A stretch of DNA of 64,000 nt from an uncultured Alphaproteobacteria bacterium (GTDB taxonomy: Bacteria > Pseudomonadota > Alphaproteobacteria > UBA11222): NCBI GenBank assembly GCA_947258435.1, contig CAMYID010000022.1, positions 268,279 to 332,278 on the forward strand, read 5' to 3'. Shown here piece after piece: positions 40,126-49,673 of this stretch (its first letter is position 1; each line of letters starts with the position of its first letter). The translations under genes and the position numbers were made by a program. A model generated the notes under the pieces. That model saw nothing but the letters and a program-made list of their open reading frames with translations, was not told the origin of the DNA and ran no database searches.

Positions 40126-41037
40126 ATGACTGATTCCGCAACCCCTCTTTCCACGCTGCCCGGTCATCTGCTGTGTTTCGGGCTTGGCTTTTCGGCCCGC
40201 GCGACCGTGCGGCGGCTGGCGGCGCATGGCTGGCGGATTTCGGCAACCTGCCGCGATCCGGCGCGGGCACGGACGCTGGCTGCGCGCGGTATCGGTGCCT
40301 TTCGTCTCGATGATAGCGCGCATTTGCCCGATGCCGCCCTGGAAGGGGTGACACATTTGCTGATCTCCGCCCCGCCGGGGCAGGCGGGGGATCCGGTGCT
40401 TGCCGCATTACGCGACAGGCTGATTGCCCGGCGCGCGCAATTCCGGTGGATCGGATATCTGTCGACCACCGGGGTTTACGGGGACAGGCAGGGCGGCTGG
40501 GTCGATGAGACGACACCGCTTGGCCCCACCCCCGGGCGCAGCGCGCGCCGCGCGGCGGCGGAGCGCGAATGGTACGATCTGTATCGCGATCACGGGCTGC
40601 CGGTGCATATTTTCCGGCTGGCGGGGATTTATGGTCCCGGCCGTAATGCCATATTGACCGCGAAAGCGGGGCAGGCGCGCCGGATCGACAAGCCCGGTCA
40701 GGTGTTCTGTCGCATTCATGTGGACGATATTGCACAGACACTTGCCGCTTCCATCGCCCGGTCCGACCCGGGTGCGGTCTATAATGTGTGTGACGATGAG
40801 CCTGCCCCCAATCACGAAATTGTCGCCTTCGCCTGCGAATTGGCGGGGGTGCCGGTGCCGCCGCTCATCCCGTTTGAAGCGGCGGAGCTCAGCCCGATGG
40901 CAAAGAGTTTCTACCATGACTGCCGCCGGGTCCGGAATGAGCGCATCAGGAAGGAGCTGGGGGTGAAGCTTATCTATCCCACCTATCGGGAGGGGTTGCG
41001 CGCATTGTGCGATCAGCCCGAGGAAATACCGCTTTAG
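40126..41037 (+). CDS. NAD(P)-dependent epimerase/dehydratase-like (atypical SDR)
   Basis: FGLGFSA, YLSTTGVYGDRQGGWVDE, FRLAGIYGPGR, RIHVDDIA and YPTYREGL. Confidence 0.9.
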   Translation: MTDSATPLSTLPGHLLCFGLGFSARATVRRLAAHGWRISATCRDPARARTLAARGIGAFRLDDSAHLPDAALEGVTHLLISAPPGQAGDPVLAALRDRLIARRAQFRWIGYLSTTGVYGDRQGGWVDETTPLGPTPGRSARRAAAEREWYDLYRDHGLPVHIFRLAGIYGPGRNAILTAKAGQARRIDKPGQVFCRIHVDDIAQTLAASIARSDPGAVYNVCDDEPAPNHEIVAFACELAGVPVPPLIPFEAAELSPMAKSFYHDCRRVRNERIRKELGVKLIYPTYREGLRALCDQPEEIPL

Positions 41038-41387
41038 CCCGCCTTGGCGTGATCTGTCTGCCGCAGCTCGCAGGGGCGGCGACAGAGATGCAGGATCAGC
41101 GTAAGCAGGCTGAAAAAGCCGGCCTTGCCAAGCGCCACCGCCCAGACAGGTGCCAGCAATATGGGCAGCATCACATCCGACCAGAGCGCGGGGCTTATAT
41201 AACGTTCGGTAATCGCCTGCGTGAGATTAAGGCTTGGCGCATGCACCCGGTGCCATAATTCACCTGCCGTCATCGCATGGGACGCAGCACCCTGCTGCCC
41301 GGCCTGCCAGTCAATGAGCAGGATAGTGACCGTCGCGGCAATGAACAGTATCGCGGCGGCGGCGCAAATTTTCGTTCCGATTCCCAT
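41034..41387 (-). CDS. Hypothetical small membrane protein
   Basis: Two hydrophobic segments flanking GELWHRVHAPSLNLTQAITERYISPALW. Start is uncertain. Confidence 0.6.
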   Translation of the reverse strand: MGIGTKICAAAAILFIAATVTILLIDWQAGQQGAASHAMTAGELWHRVHAPSLNLTQAITERYISPALWSDVMLPILLAPVWAVALGKAGFFSLLTLILHLCRRPCELRQTDHAKAG

Positions 41388-41430
41388 CACCGATCGCATA
41401 TGGGGGGCCGGCGCAGAATAAAAAGGGCGG

Positions 41431-42810
41431 TTAATCCGCGGTCCCTTCACCGAGTGCCGCCCGCCGCCTTTGTTCAAGGATCATGCGTGTCTGTGCCTGC
41501 GAGGCCGCGTCGATGGGAAAATTCCAGATCGCGGCGATCAGCACGATTTCACAGATGATGGGAAAGCCGATAAAGATCGCGGTGAAGGCGTTCAACGTTT
41601 CCTCGCTGTTCATGCCCGTGGCGTCAAAGCCGATCCATTCGATCAGCGGATAGGTGATCCCCACCGCCAGCGCATGGCCGATCTTGTTGGTCAGGGTGAG
41701 CAGCGAATAGTAAAGCCCGGTGCGCTGCACCCCGGATTGCGCCTCGTCATGATCGGCGACATCCGCGATGATCGAGCGCAGCAGGAAGGGCGCGGCCGCA
41801 TAGGTCGAGCCGAACAGGGCAAACAGGATCGCCGCTGCAACGACATCGCCGGTCGGCGCAAACAGCAGCAGAAACGCGAAAGCCATACGGCACATTGTTG
41901 CGATGGCGAGCGCGCGATGCTTGCCCACCCGATAGCTGATCTTGATCCAGATCGGTGCGGCAATGCAGCCGGTGATGAAGTACAGAAGCAGCATCGCACT
42001 GGCAAGGTTACCAACGCCGATCACATGGCTGACGAAAAAGATGAACAGAGATCCGGTCGCCCCTGTGGCAAGCCCGGCCAGCAGATCCGCTGAGACCAGC
42101 TTCTGCAGCGGTTTGTTCGTCACGATGATTCGCAAAGTCTGGGTCAGGGGGATCTGTGTCGCGGGGCTTTTGGGCAGCGGCCTTTCGGCGACGCAGCTGA
42201 CCGCGATCAGCACGGCAGGCGGCATGGCCAGAATGATAAACCAGCCCATTGCCGCAACCCGGTTCATGCCCGCTTCGCCATCGGGGGCCATCCGGTCGAT
42301 CAGCGCGGGCAAAGCAAGGGCCGCAACCATGCCTGCGACGACGGCGACCTCGCGCCAGCCCTGAATGCGGGAGCGTTCGTGATAATCAGGGTGAAGCTCC
42401 GCCCCCCAGGACAGATGCGAAATCGTGATCAGGGTATAGCCGATATATAGCAGCAGCATCCAGAACAGCAGATAACCCCCTGAAACCGGACTGCCGAAGA
42501 AAGTTTCAGGCGGCATAAATACCATATAGACGCAGCCGATCAGGATCGGCACCGCCAGGACGATCCAGTGCCGCCGCCGACCCCAGCGCGAGGGAAACCG
42601 GTCAGACAGCACCCCCATCAGCGGATCGGTGATCACATCCCAGAAGCGCGCGATCATGAAGATCGTGCCCACAAGCCCCAGCCCCAGACCGATATCCTGC
42701 GCATAAAAGGGCGGCAGATAGACAACAATCGGCAGCCCCAGCGCGGCAATCGGTGCGCCAGGCAGGACATAGGCAAGAAGGCTCGATCTTTTAAGCGGTG
42801 CGTCTGACAT
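41431..42810 (-). CDS. MFS transporter, glycoside-pentoside-hexuronide (MelB-like) family
   Basis: ARFWDVITDPLMG.LSDR.PSRWGRRR, SWGAEL..DY.ERSRI, ADVAD.D and G.YYSL, with about 12 TM segments. Confidence 0.9.
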   Translation of the reverse strand: MSDAPLKRSSLLAYVLPGAPIAALGLPIVVYLPPFYAQDIGLGLGLVGTIFMIARFWDVITDPLMGVLSDRFPSRWGRRRHWIVLAVPILIGCVYMVFMPPETFFGSPVSGGYLLFWMLLLYIGYTLITISHLSWGAELHPDYHERSRIQGWREVAVVAGMVAALALPALIDRMAPDGEAGMNRVAAMGWFIILAMPPAVLIAVSCVAERPLPKSPATQIPLTQTLRIIVTNKPLQKLVSADLLAGLATGATGSLFIFFVSHVIGVGNLASAMLLLYFITGCIAAPIWIKISYRVGKHRALAIATMCRMAFAFLLLFAPTGDVVAAAILFALFGSTYAAAPFLLRSIIADVADHDEAQSGVQRTGLYYSLLTLTNKIGHALAVGITYPLIEWIGFDATGMNSEETLNAFTAIFIGFPIICEIVLIAAIWNFPIDAASQAQTRMILEQRRRAALGEGTAD

Positions 42811-43114
42811 CTGGTTTTCAGCTTTCGCAAAGGTGTGCCGGCCTTGTCTTTCCGGCAGGTTTCATCATCCTGTATCTGGGCAGGGGAGCATGATTCGAAT
42901 AATCCGCCTACAGCTTTTCGACAGTATGATAAATTGTCAATTGCGAATGCCCGAAAGTGTCCGAAATCGGACTGTTTTACCCTGTCTGTTGTCTTATCCA
43001 TACAGAGCCGGGAGCGGCCCGGTCCCGTCAGTGCGGCAACGTCGCCTCACACAGAAGTGATCACATTCGCGGGGAAAGCGCGACACACTGTCGTACGAAA
43101 CGATAACGGGAAAG

Positions 43115-43432
43115 GTGCGGGACATGGGGAAAGATATGGGGAAAGACAGGGGGACAGGAAGATGGCGGTTGCAAATTGCCGCGCTCGGATTGGGGGGAGT
43201 GCTGCTCGGTGGCTGCGGGGGCGGCAATTATCACGGGGCGCAGGTGCTGGTCGATTGCACCGCCCGGGAAGGGGATGGGAGGTTGACCTATGATTCAGCC
43301 GATGTGGAGAACAGGCTGACCGGTGAGCAGTGGCATTTGTACAATTTGCGCACCCGACAGAAAGAGACGATCAATCCCGCCGACTGGAATTGTGGGGAAC
43401 CCGCTGCGGTCCGGCGCAGTTCGGTTTACTAG
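43115..43432 (+). CDS. Hypothetical small lipoprotein
   Basis: Basic N-region, hydrophobic IAALGLGGVLL and lipobox LGGC. Two further Cys in the mature part. True start may be 43124 or 43136. Confidence 0.55.
   Translation: MRDMGKDMGKDRGTGRWRLQIAALGLGGVLLGGCGGGNYHGAQVLVDCTAREGDGRLTYDSADVENRLTGEQWHLYNLRTRQKETINPADWNCGEPAAVRRSSVY
43121..43156. repeat. Degenerate 12-bp purine-rich tandem repeat
   Basis: GACATGGGGAAA / GATATGGGGAAA / GACAGGGGGACA. Confidence 0.7.
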
Positions 43433-43594
43433 CCCCGATCAGGCTGGCCGGTTACGGGCAGCTCCCGGGACCGCCGATTGCGTCCGGTTGCGCGAATTAT
43501 TTGCGCCGGCGCGCGCATTCAACAATAATCGCGCAAAAAGCAGGGCAGCCCGCCCGGGCGGGACTGCGACACCCCGAATGCGTGAGTATCTGTT

Positions 43595-44281
43595 ATGTCC
43601 GACAATCGACCTGTTATCGCAATCCTTGGCGGCACCGGGGATTTGGGCGGCGGCCTGGCCTATCGCTGGACGCGCGCCGGCTATCAGGTGATCATCGGCT
43701 CGCGGACCGCTGAAAAGGCCGAGGCCGCGGCCGCATCACTTGCGGTTTCAGGCGATGCCCCGGCTGTCCGCGGTATGGATAATATCGCTGCCGCTCAAGC
43801 CTGCGATATCGCTGTGCTGACGGTGCCGTTCGCCAATCAGAAAACGACCCTTGAAGCCGTGGGCGAGCGATTGCGCGACAAGATCCTTGTCGATGTGACC
43901 GTACCGCTGATCCCGCCCAAGGTGGCACGCGTGCAATTACCGCCCGAGGGTTCGGCCGGGCTGGCCGCGCAGGCAATATTGGGGGAAGCGGTGACGGTCG
44001 TTTCCGCCTTCCAGAATGTCGGGGCAAGCCATCTGCGCGAGGATCATCCGGTCGATTGCGATGTGCTTGTCAGCGGCGACAAGGTTGCCGCGCGCGAGCA
44101 GGTGATTGCGCTTGTGGAAGCGGCCGGCATGCGCGGCTGGCATGCGGGGCCGCTTGCCAACAGCGTCGCGGCGGAAGCGCTGACCTCGGTTCTGATCGGT
44201 ATCAACAAGCGCTACCGGATCGACGGGGCGGGGATCCGCATTACCGGCACTCCGGGCAATCCGACAGGCAAAACCGGTTGA
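43595..44281 (+). CDS. npdG: NADPH-dependent F420 reductase (Fno/NpdG)
   Basis: GGTGDLGGGLA, IGSR..EKA, VLTVP, VVSAFQNVGA and E.LTSVLI.IN..Y. First gene of the cof cluster. Confidence 0.93.
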   Translation: MSDNRPVIAILGGTGDLGGGLAYRWTRAGYQVIIGSRTAEKAEAAAASLAVSGDAPAVRGMDNIAAAQACDIAVLTVPFANQKTTLEAVGERLRDKILVDVTVPLIPPKVARVQLPPEGSAGLAAQAILGEAVTVVSAFQNVGASHLREDHPVDCDVLVSGDKVAAREQVIALVEAAGMRGWHAGPLANSVAAEALTSVLIGINKRYRIDGAGIRITGTPGNPTGKTG

Positions 44282-44297
44282 GCCGACGCAGGACACG

Positions 44298-45071
44298 ATG
44301 ACCGCTGCCCTTTCCCTGACCGGCCTGCCGGCCATACCGCTGATTGCGCCGGGTGACGACCTTACCGCTATTCTGGGCGGGGGGATGGAGGCCGCCGGGC
44401 TCAGCTTCGCACCCGGCGATGTGCTTGTGCTTGCGCAGAAGGTCGTTTCCAAAGCAGAAGACCGCTATGTGGATCTGGCCACGGTCGCGCCTTCACCGCG
44501 CGCTGAGGAACTGGCTGCGGCGGTGAACAAGGACCCCCGCCTTGTCGAGCTTGTCCTGCGCGAATCGACCGAGATTGTGCGCCACCGGCCCGGCGTGCTG
44601 ATCGTGGCGCACCGGATCGGTGTGGTGATGGCGAATGCCGGTATCGATCAGTCCAATATCGCCCACCCTGAGGGTACCGAGCAGGTGCTGCTGTTACCCG
44701 AAGACCCGGATGCGTCGGCTGGGCGGTTGCGTCGCGAAATCGCTATGCGTTTCGGGGTGGAAATTGCGGTGGTGATCTGCGACAGCGTTGGCCGGGCGTG
44801 GCGCAACGGTACGGTGGGAATCGCAATCGGCGCGGCGGGGCTTGCCTCGCTGATCGATCTGCGCGGTCAGCGGGATCTGTTCGGGCGCGTGCTCGAGGTC
44901 TCGGAAGTCGGCACCGCTGATGCCATCGCTTCAGCGGCCGGGCTGTTGATGGGGGAAGGGGCGGAAGGGGTGCCGGCTGTGCTGATGCGCGGTTTCGTGC
45001 CGCCCCGTGCTGTCCCCGCGCGTGAGGCGGCCGCGCTTGTCCGCGACAAGCAGATCGATATGTTCCGGTGA
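44298..45071 (+). CDS. cofE: Coenzyme F420-0:L-glutamate ligase, single-domain
   Basis: [53 protein letters not shown] and MGEG.EG.P. Confidence 0.95.
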   Translation: MTAALSLTGLPAIPLIAPGDDLTAILGGGMEAAGLSFAPGDVLVLAQKVVSKAEDRYVDLATVAPSPRAEELAAAVNKDPRLVELVLRESTEIVRHRPGVLIVAHRIGVVMANAGIDQSNIAHPEGTEQVLLLPEDPDASAGRLRREIAMRFGVEIAVVICDSVGRAWRNGTVGIAIGAAGLASLIDLRGQRDLFGRVLEVSEVGTADAIASAAGLLMGEGAEGVPAVLMRGFVPPRAVPAREAAALVRDKQIDMFR

Positions 45072-45078
45072 GCATGCG

Positions 45079-46104
45079 ATGACCGACCGGCAGCCAGATA
45101 AAGATCCGCGCATTGGCAAGCGTGATGACAATGCCGTGCAGTTTCCCCGACTGCGCTGCGTTGCCTTATGCGGTGGCGTTGGCGGCGCGAAACTGGCGGT
45201 GGGCCTTGAAGCGCAGCTTTCGCCCGCCAATCTGACGGTTATCACCAATACCGGCGATGATTTCACCCATCTGGGCCTGCATATTTCACCCGATCTCGAC
45301 ACGGTGATGTACAGCCTTGCGGGGCTGGCCAATCGGGAAACCGGCTGGGGGCGTGACGGGGAAAGCTGGCGTTTTATGTCCGCCCTCGCAGCGCTTGGCG
45401 GTGAGGACTGGTTTCAGCTTGGCGATCTCGATCTAGCGACCCATATCGAACGCAGCCGGCGGCTGGCGGCCGGGGAAAGCCTGTCCGCCATTACCCAGGC
45501 ACTTGCCGGCCGGCTTGGGGTGCGCCCCGCCATCGTGCCGATGTGCGATGCACCGGTACGGACGATCGTCGACACCCCCGACGGGCCGCTTGCCTTCCAG
45601 CATTATTTCGTGCGCGATAAATGCGCGCGCCCCGTGACCGGTTTCCGTTTCGCAGGCGCCGACACTGCACAACCCGCCAGCTCCGCGCGTGCCGCGCTTG
45701 CTGACCCTGCGCTCGATGCGATAATCATCTGCCCCTCCAACCCGTTTGTCAGTATCGACCCGATACTGGCCGTGCCGGGCATGCGGGAGGCGATCGCGCG
45801 GGCCCATGCGCCGGTGATCGCGGTTTCCCCCATCGTGAGGGGGCAGGCCATCAAGGGGCCGACCGCGAAGATGATGCGCGAGCTTGGCGTGCCGGGGGAA
45901 GCGGTCGCCATTGCCGATCATTACGGAGATCTGCTCGACGGGTTTATCCTTGATGCCGCCGATCGCGCGCTTGCCGACCGGATCGAAGACAGGGGGCTTG
46001 CCTGCCTTGTGACCGATACGGTGATGACCGGCCAAGAAGAAAAGGTGGAACTTGCCCGCGCTGTGCTACAGTTTGTGCAACAGTTGCAACAAAAAGCGAC
46101 GTAA
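45079..46104 (+). CDS. cofD: 2-phospho-L-lactate transferase
   Basis: LCGGVGGAKL, NTGDD, HISPDLDT, WFQLGD.DLATH, FQHYFV and PSNP.VSI.PI. Confidence 0.96.
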   Translation: MTDRQPDKDPRIGKRDDNAVQFPRLRCVALCGGVGGAKLAVGLEAQLSPANLTVITNTGDDFTHLGLHISPDLDTVMYSLAGLANRETGWGRDGESWRFMSALAALGGEDWFQLGDLDLATHIERSRRLAAGESLSAITQALAGRLGVRPAIVPMCDAPVRTIVDTPDGPLAFQHYFVRDKCARPVTGFRFAGADTAQPASSARAALADPALDAIIICPSNPFVSIDPILAVPGMREAIARAHAPVIAVSPIVRGQAIKGPTAKMMRELGVPGEAVAIADHYGDLLDGFILDAADRALADRIEDRGLACLVTDTVMTGQEEKVELARAVLQFVQQLQQKAT

Positions 46105-46211
46105 AGCTACACATTGCGACAGGGCTGTCCTATCGTCGCGCGACAATGATAACCAGGTGGAATAACTGACCGGGACAGACAACCGGCAACCGGTTTGACA
46201 GGGAAGAGACC

Positions 46212-46895
46212 ATGTGGGCGATTGTGCCCGTCAAGCGCTTAGGGGAAGCAAAGCAACGCCTGTCCGCGCGGCTGAGCGCCGGGCAGCGCGCCGCGCTTGG
46301 TCTTGCCATGCTGGAAGATGTGCTGGCAGCGCTTGTCGGGGTGGCGGCAATCGAAGGGATCTTGCTCGTTTCTCCCGATCGGCGCGCCCATGCGCTGGGT
46401 CGCCGGTTCGGCGCGCGCATTCTGGCGGAAGCGGACGATCACGGCCTTAACCCGGCCGTGCAATGCGCGGCGTCATTGCTGAAATCCGAAGGGGTTGCGC
46501 AAATCCTTGTGCTGCATGGGGATTTGCCGCTTGTGACGCGCGACGAGATCGCGCAACTGATCGCGGCGCACCGCTCTTCCCCCGGCCTGACCATTGCCCC
46601 TGACCGGGAGGGGCGCGGCACCAATGCAATGATCTGCACGCCCCCCGATCTTATCGCATTCCACTATGGCCCCGACAGCGTGCGGGCCCATTGCGCGGCG
46701 GCGGAGCGGGCGGGCATTGTGCCGACCCTGTTGCGCGCGCCCGGGCTTGGTTTCGATATCGATGAGATCGACGATCTGCTGGCCTTGCAGGCGCAGCCGG
46801 CGACAACCCGGACCCATGACTGGCTGTCCGGGCAGGCGTTTGCCGCCTCTGCATGCCGGGATAGTTGCGCACCGGAAAAGGCAGGGGTCCGGTGA
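46212..46895 (+). CDS. cofC: 2-phospho-L-lactate/PEP guanylyltransferase
   Basis: IVPVK.L..AKQRL, GLN.AV, HGDLP, PDREGRGTNA, FHYGPDS...H and DID..DDL. Confidence 0.95.
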   Translation: MWAIVPVKRLGEAKQRLSARLSAGQRAALGLAMLEDVLAALVGVAAIEGILLVSPDRRAHALGRRFGARILAEADDHGLNPAVQCAASLLKSEGVAQILVLHGDLPLVTRDEIAQLIAAHRSSPGLTIAPDREGRGTNAMICTPPDLIAFHYGPDSVRAHCAAAERAGIVPTLLRAPGLGFDIDEIDDLLALQAQPATTRTHDWLSGQAFAASACRDSCAPEKAGVR

Positions 46896-49360
46896 TGCGT
46901 GCGGTGACAAGCCTTGACGATATTCTTGCCGCGGCGCTGAATGGCGTCCGCCCCGAAGGGGAAGGCACAAGCCTGCTCGCAGGGGCGACAGATCTGCCCC
47001 GGCTGATGGCGGTGGCGGCTCGGTTGCGCGATCACGGTCATCGCAATCTTGTCAGCTATTCGCGCAAGGTGTTTATCCCGCTCACCCATCTGTGCCGCGA
47101 TGTCTGCCATTACTGCACCTTCGCCGAACCGCCGCGTAAGGGGGAACCCGCCTATCTCACCCCCGAGCAGGTGCTTGCCATTGCGCGGCAGGGAGAGCGG
47201 GCGGGCTGCCGCGAGGCGCTGTTCACCCTTGGCGACAAGCCCGAGCTGCGGTACCGCGCCGCGCGTGAGGCGCTTGCTGAACTCGGGTTTGACAGCACAC
47301 TTGGCTATCTGCAGGCGATGGCCAGGCTTGTGGCCGAAGAGACGACGCTGCTGCCGCATCTCAATCCCGGTCTGATGTCGGATGAGGATCTGGCGGCGCT
47401 GCGTCCGGTGGCGGCTTCCATGGGGATTATGCTTGAAAGTGCGGCCCCGCGGCTTTGCGAAAAGGGCATGCCGCATTACGGTTCACCCGACAAGGCACCC
47501 GCGCCGCGGCTGGCTGCGATCGCGCGTGCGGGCGCGGCGGCTGTACCCTTCACCAGCGGTATTCTGATCGGGATCGGCGAAACCCGCGCGGAACGGGTGG
47601 ACTCGCTTCTGGCCCTTCGCGATCTGCATGACACGCACGGGCATCTGCAGGAAATCATTGTGCAGAATTTCCGTGCCAAACCCGCCACCAAAATGGCCGC
47701 GGCACCCGAGCCAGATCTTGAGGAGCTGTTATGGACGATCGCGGTGGCGCGCATCCTGTTCGGCGCGGCGATGAATATTCAGGCGCCCCCCAACCTCAGT
47801 CCCGGCGTTCTGCCCAAACTGATCGATGCCGGGATCAATGATTGGGGCGGTGTGTCGCCGGTCACCCCTGATTTCGTCAACCCCGAGGCGCCCTGGCCGC
47901 ATCTTGAAGAGCTGGCGCGCGAAACTGCGGCTGCCGGCAAGCTGCTTGTCGAGCGGCTGACGGTCTATCCGGACTTCGCCCGCGCGGCCGGACACTGGAC
48001 CGATCCGGCGATGCGGCCTGCCCTGCTGCGCGCGATGGATGGTGAGGGTCTTGCACGCACCGAAAGCTGGTCGCCGGGAGGGGAGGCAGTGCCGCCCGCC
48101 GATACGCTTGCCTGGCTTGAGCCGGCGTTGTGTGGCCCGGTGCCCGATGCGTTGGCCGTTATTCTTGGCCGCGCCGAACAGGGAGCCGATCTCAGCGAAG
48201 CCGAGATCGTGCGGCTGTTTCAGGCGCGGGGAGCGGAATTTTCCGCCGTTTGCGCAGCGGCGGACCGGCTGCGTGCGCAAAGCTGCGGCGAGACGGTCAG
48301 CTATGTAGTCAACCGCAATATCAACTATACCAATGTCTGCTATTTCAAATGTCAGTTCTGCGCGTTCTCCAAGGGCAAGCTGAGCGAAAATCTGCGCGGC
48401 AAGCCCTATGATCTGGGGCTTGAGGAGATTGTCCGCCGGGCAGAGGAGGCCTGGGCGCGCGGCGCGAGCGAAGTCTGCATGCAGGGGGGTATTCACCCCG
48501 ATTATACAGGGCAGACCTATCTTGATATCTGTCGCGCAGTAAAAGCAGCCTTGCCCGATATGCATGTCCATGCCTTTTCCCCGCTTGAAATCTGGCAGGG
48601 GGCGGCAACGCTTGGTCTGTCGCTTGAGGCGTTTTTGTCGGCGCTGAAGCAAGCCGGGCTTGGTACCCTGCCCGGTACGGCGGCCGAAATACTCGATGAT
48701 GAGGTCAGGGCGGTGATCTGCCCCGATAAACTGAAAAGCGATGAATGGCTGGCGGTGATGGCGGCTGCCCACAAGGTCGGTTTCAGAACCACGGCCACGA
48801 TCATGTACGGGCATGTGGAAGGCGCTGAACATTGGGCGCGGCATCTGCGCAGGATTCGTGACTTGCAGAAGAAGACCGGCGGTTTTACCGAATTCGTGCC
48901 GTTGCCTTTCGTGCATATGGAAGCCCCCATCTATCTCAAGGGCCGCGCGCGGCAGGGCCCGACATTCCGCGAGGCGGTGCTGATGCATGCAGTGGCGCGG
49001 CTTGTGCTGCATCCGCATATCCCCAACATTCAGGCAAGCTGGGTCAAGATGGGGCGCGAAGGTGTGCTTGCCTGTCTTGCGGCGGGTGTGAACGATCTTG
49101 GCGGCACGCTGATGAACGAGACGATCACCCGCGCGGCAGGTGCCACCCATGGTCAGGAAATGGCTCCCGAGGCGATGGAAACGCTGATCCGGGCTGCGGG
49201 CCGTACCCCGCGCCAGCGCCGCACCGATTATGGGGAAATTGCGCCATCGCGGGTCGCAGCCTCATTTGCGGCGGCCCCGTTAAGTCCGCTTGTCAATGCA
49301 CCGGCGGGCAAGTTCGCGCGCACCGGCGGGCAATCGGGCGAACCTGGCGGGACGAATTGA
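46895..49360 (+). CDS. fbiC: Bifunctional FO synthase (CofG-CofH fusion, two radical-SAM domains)
   Basis: Two CX3CX2C motifs (CRDVCHYC, CYFKCQFC), IQAPPNL, GINDWGGVSP.T.D.VNPE and NDLGGTLMNETI. Confidence 0.97.
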   Translation: MRAVTSLDDILAAALNGVRPEGEGTSLLAGATDLPRLMAVAARLRDHGHRNLVSYSRKVFIPLTHLCRDVCHYCTFAEPPRKGEPAYLTPEQVLAIARQGERAGCREALFTLGDKPELRYRAAREALAELGFDSTLGYLQAMARLVAEETTLLPHLNPGLMSDEDLAALRPVAASMGIMLESAAPRLCEKGMPHYGSPDKAPAPRLAAIARAGAAAVPFTSGILIGIGETRAERVDSLLALRDLHDTHGHLQEIIVQNFRAKPATKMAAAPEPDLEELLWTIAVARILFGAAMNIQAPPNLSPGVLPKLIDAGINDWGGVSPVTPDFVNPEAPWPHLEELARETAAAGKLLVERLTVYPDFARAAGHWTDPAMRPALLRAMDGEGLARTESWSPGGEAVPPADTLAWLEPALCGPVPDALAVILGRAEQGADLSEAEIVRLFQARGAEFSAVCAAADRLRAQSCGETVSYVVNRNINYTNVCYFKCQFCAFSKGKLSENLRGKPYDLGLEEIVRRAEEAWARGASEVCMQGGIHPDYTGQTYLDICRAVKAALPDMHVHAFSPLEIWQGAATLGLSLEAFLSALKQAGLGTLPGTAAEILDDEVRAVICPDKLKSDEWLAVMAAAHKVGFRTTATIMYGHVEGAEHWARHLRRIRDLQKKTGGFTEFVPLPFVHMEAPIYLKGRARQGPTFREAVLMHAVARLVLHPHIPNIQASWVKMGREGVLACLAAGVNDLGGTLMNETITRAAGATHGQEMAPEAMETLIRAAGRTPRQRRTDYGEIAPSRVAASFAAAPLSPLVNAPAGKFARTGGQSGEPGGTN

Positions 49361-49468
49361 CGCGGTTTTCCCGTTATCCTCCATAAACCGGAATTCCAAG
49401 GTTTACGCTGGGCTCGGGCTTCGCTTATATAAGCGGGCAATAGATGCGTGACGATTGGAGCATAAGGC

Positions 49469-49609
49469 ATGTCCGGTACAGAATATCAACGCGGTTCGAT
49501 GGATATCAGCGAACATCGCGAAGTGTGGGAAACCTTCATCTCAATTACGAAATGGTCGTCGGCCGGCATTATTGTGGTGCTTGCCCTGATGGCGATTTTC
49601 CTGACCTGA
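49469..49609 (+). CDS. aa3-type cytochrome c oxidase subunit IV (46 aa, below the ORF-track cutoff)
   Basis: Manual translation gives MSGTEYQRGSMDISEHREVWETFISITKWSSAGIIVVLALMAIFLT*. The G.MDI.EH..TW..F pattern plus one TM helix, a GGAG RBS and a position just before pntAA support the call. Confidence 0.85.
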   Translation: MSGTEYQRGSMDISEHREVWETFISITKWSSAGIIVVLALMAIFLT

Positions 49610-49673
49610 TCCGACCACGCACGTGCCAATTCGTGCGTTGTTCCTGTCGATTAACTGCTGAAACTCACTGAAT

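Noticed and set aside
46105-46211. Weak stem-loop and CAACCGG x2 between cofD and cofC as a riboswitch
   Set aside because: The stem is short and imperfect and matches no riboswitch consensus I recognise. An Rfam/Infernal search would be needed.
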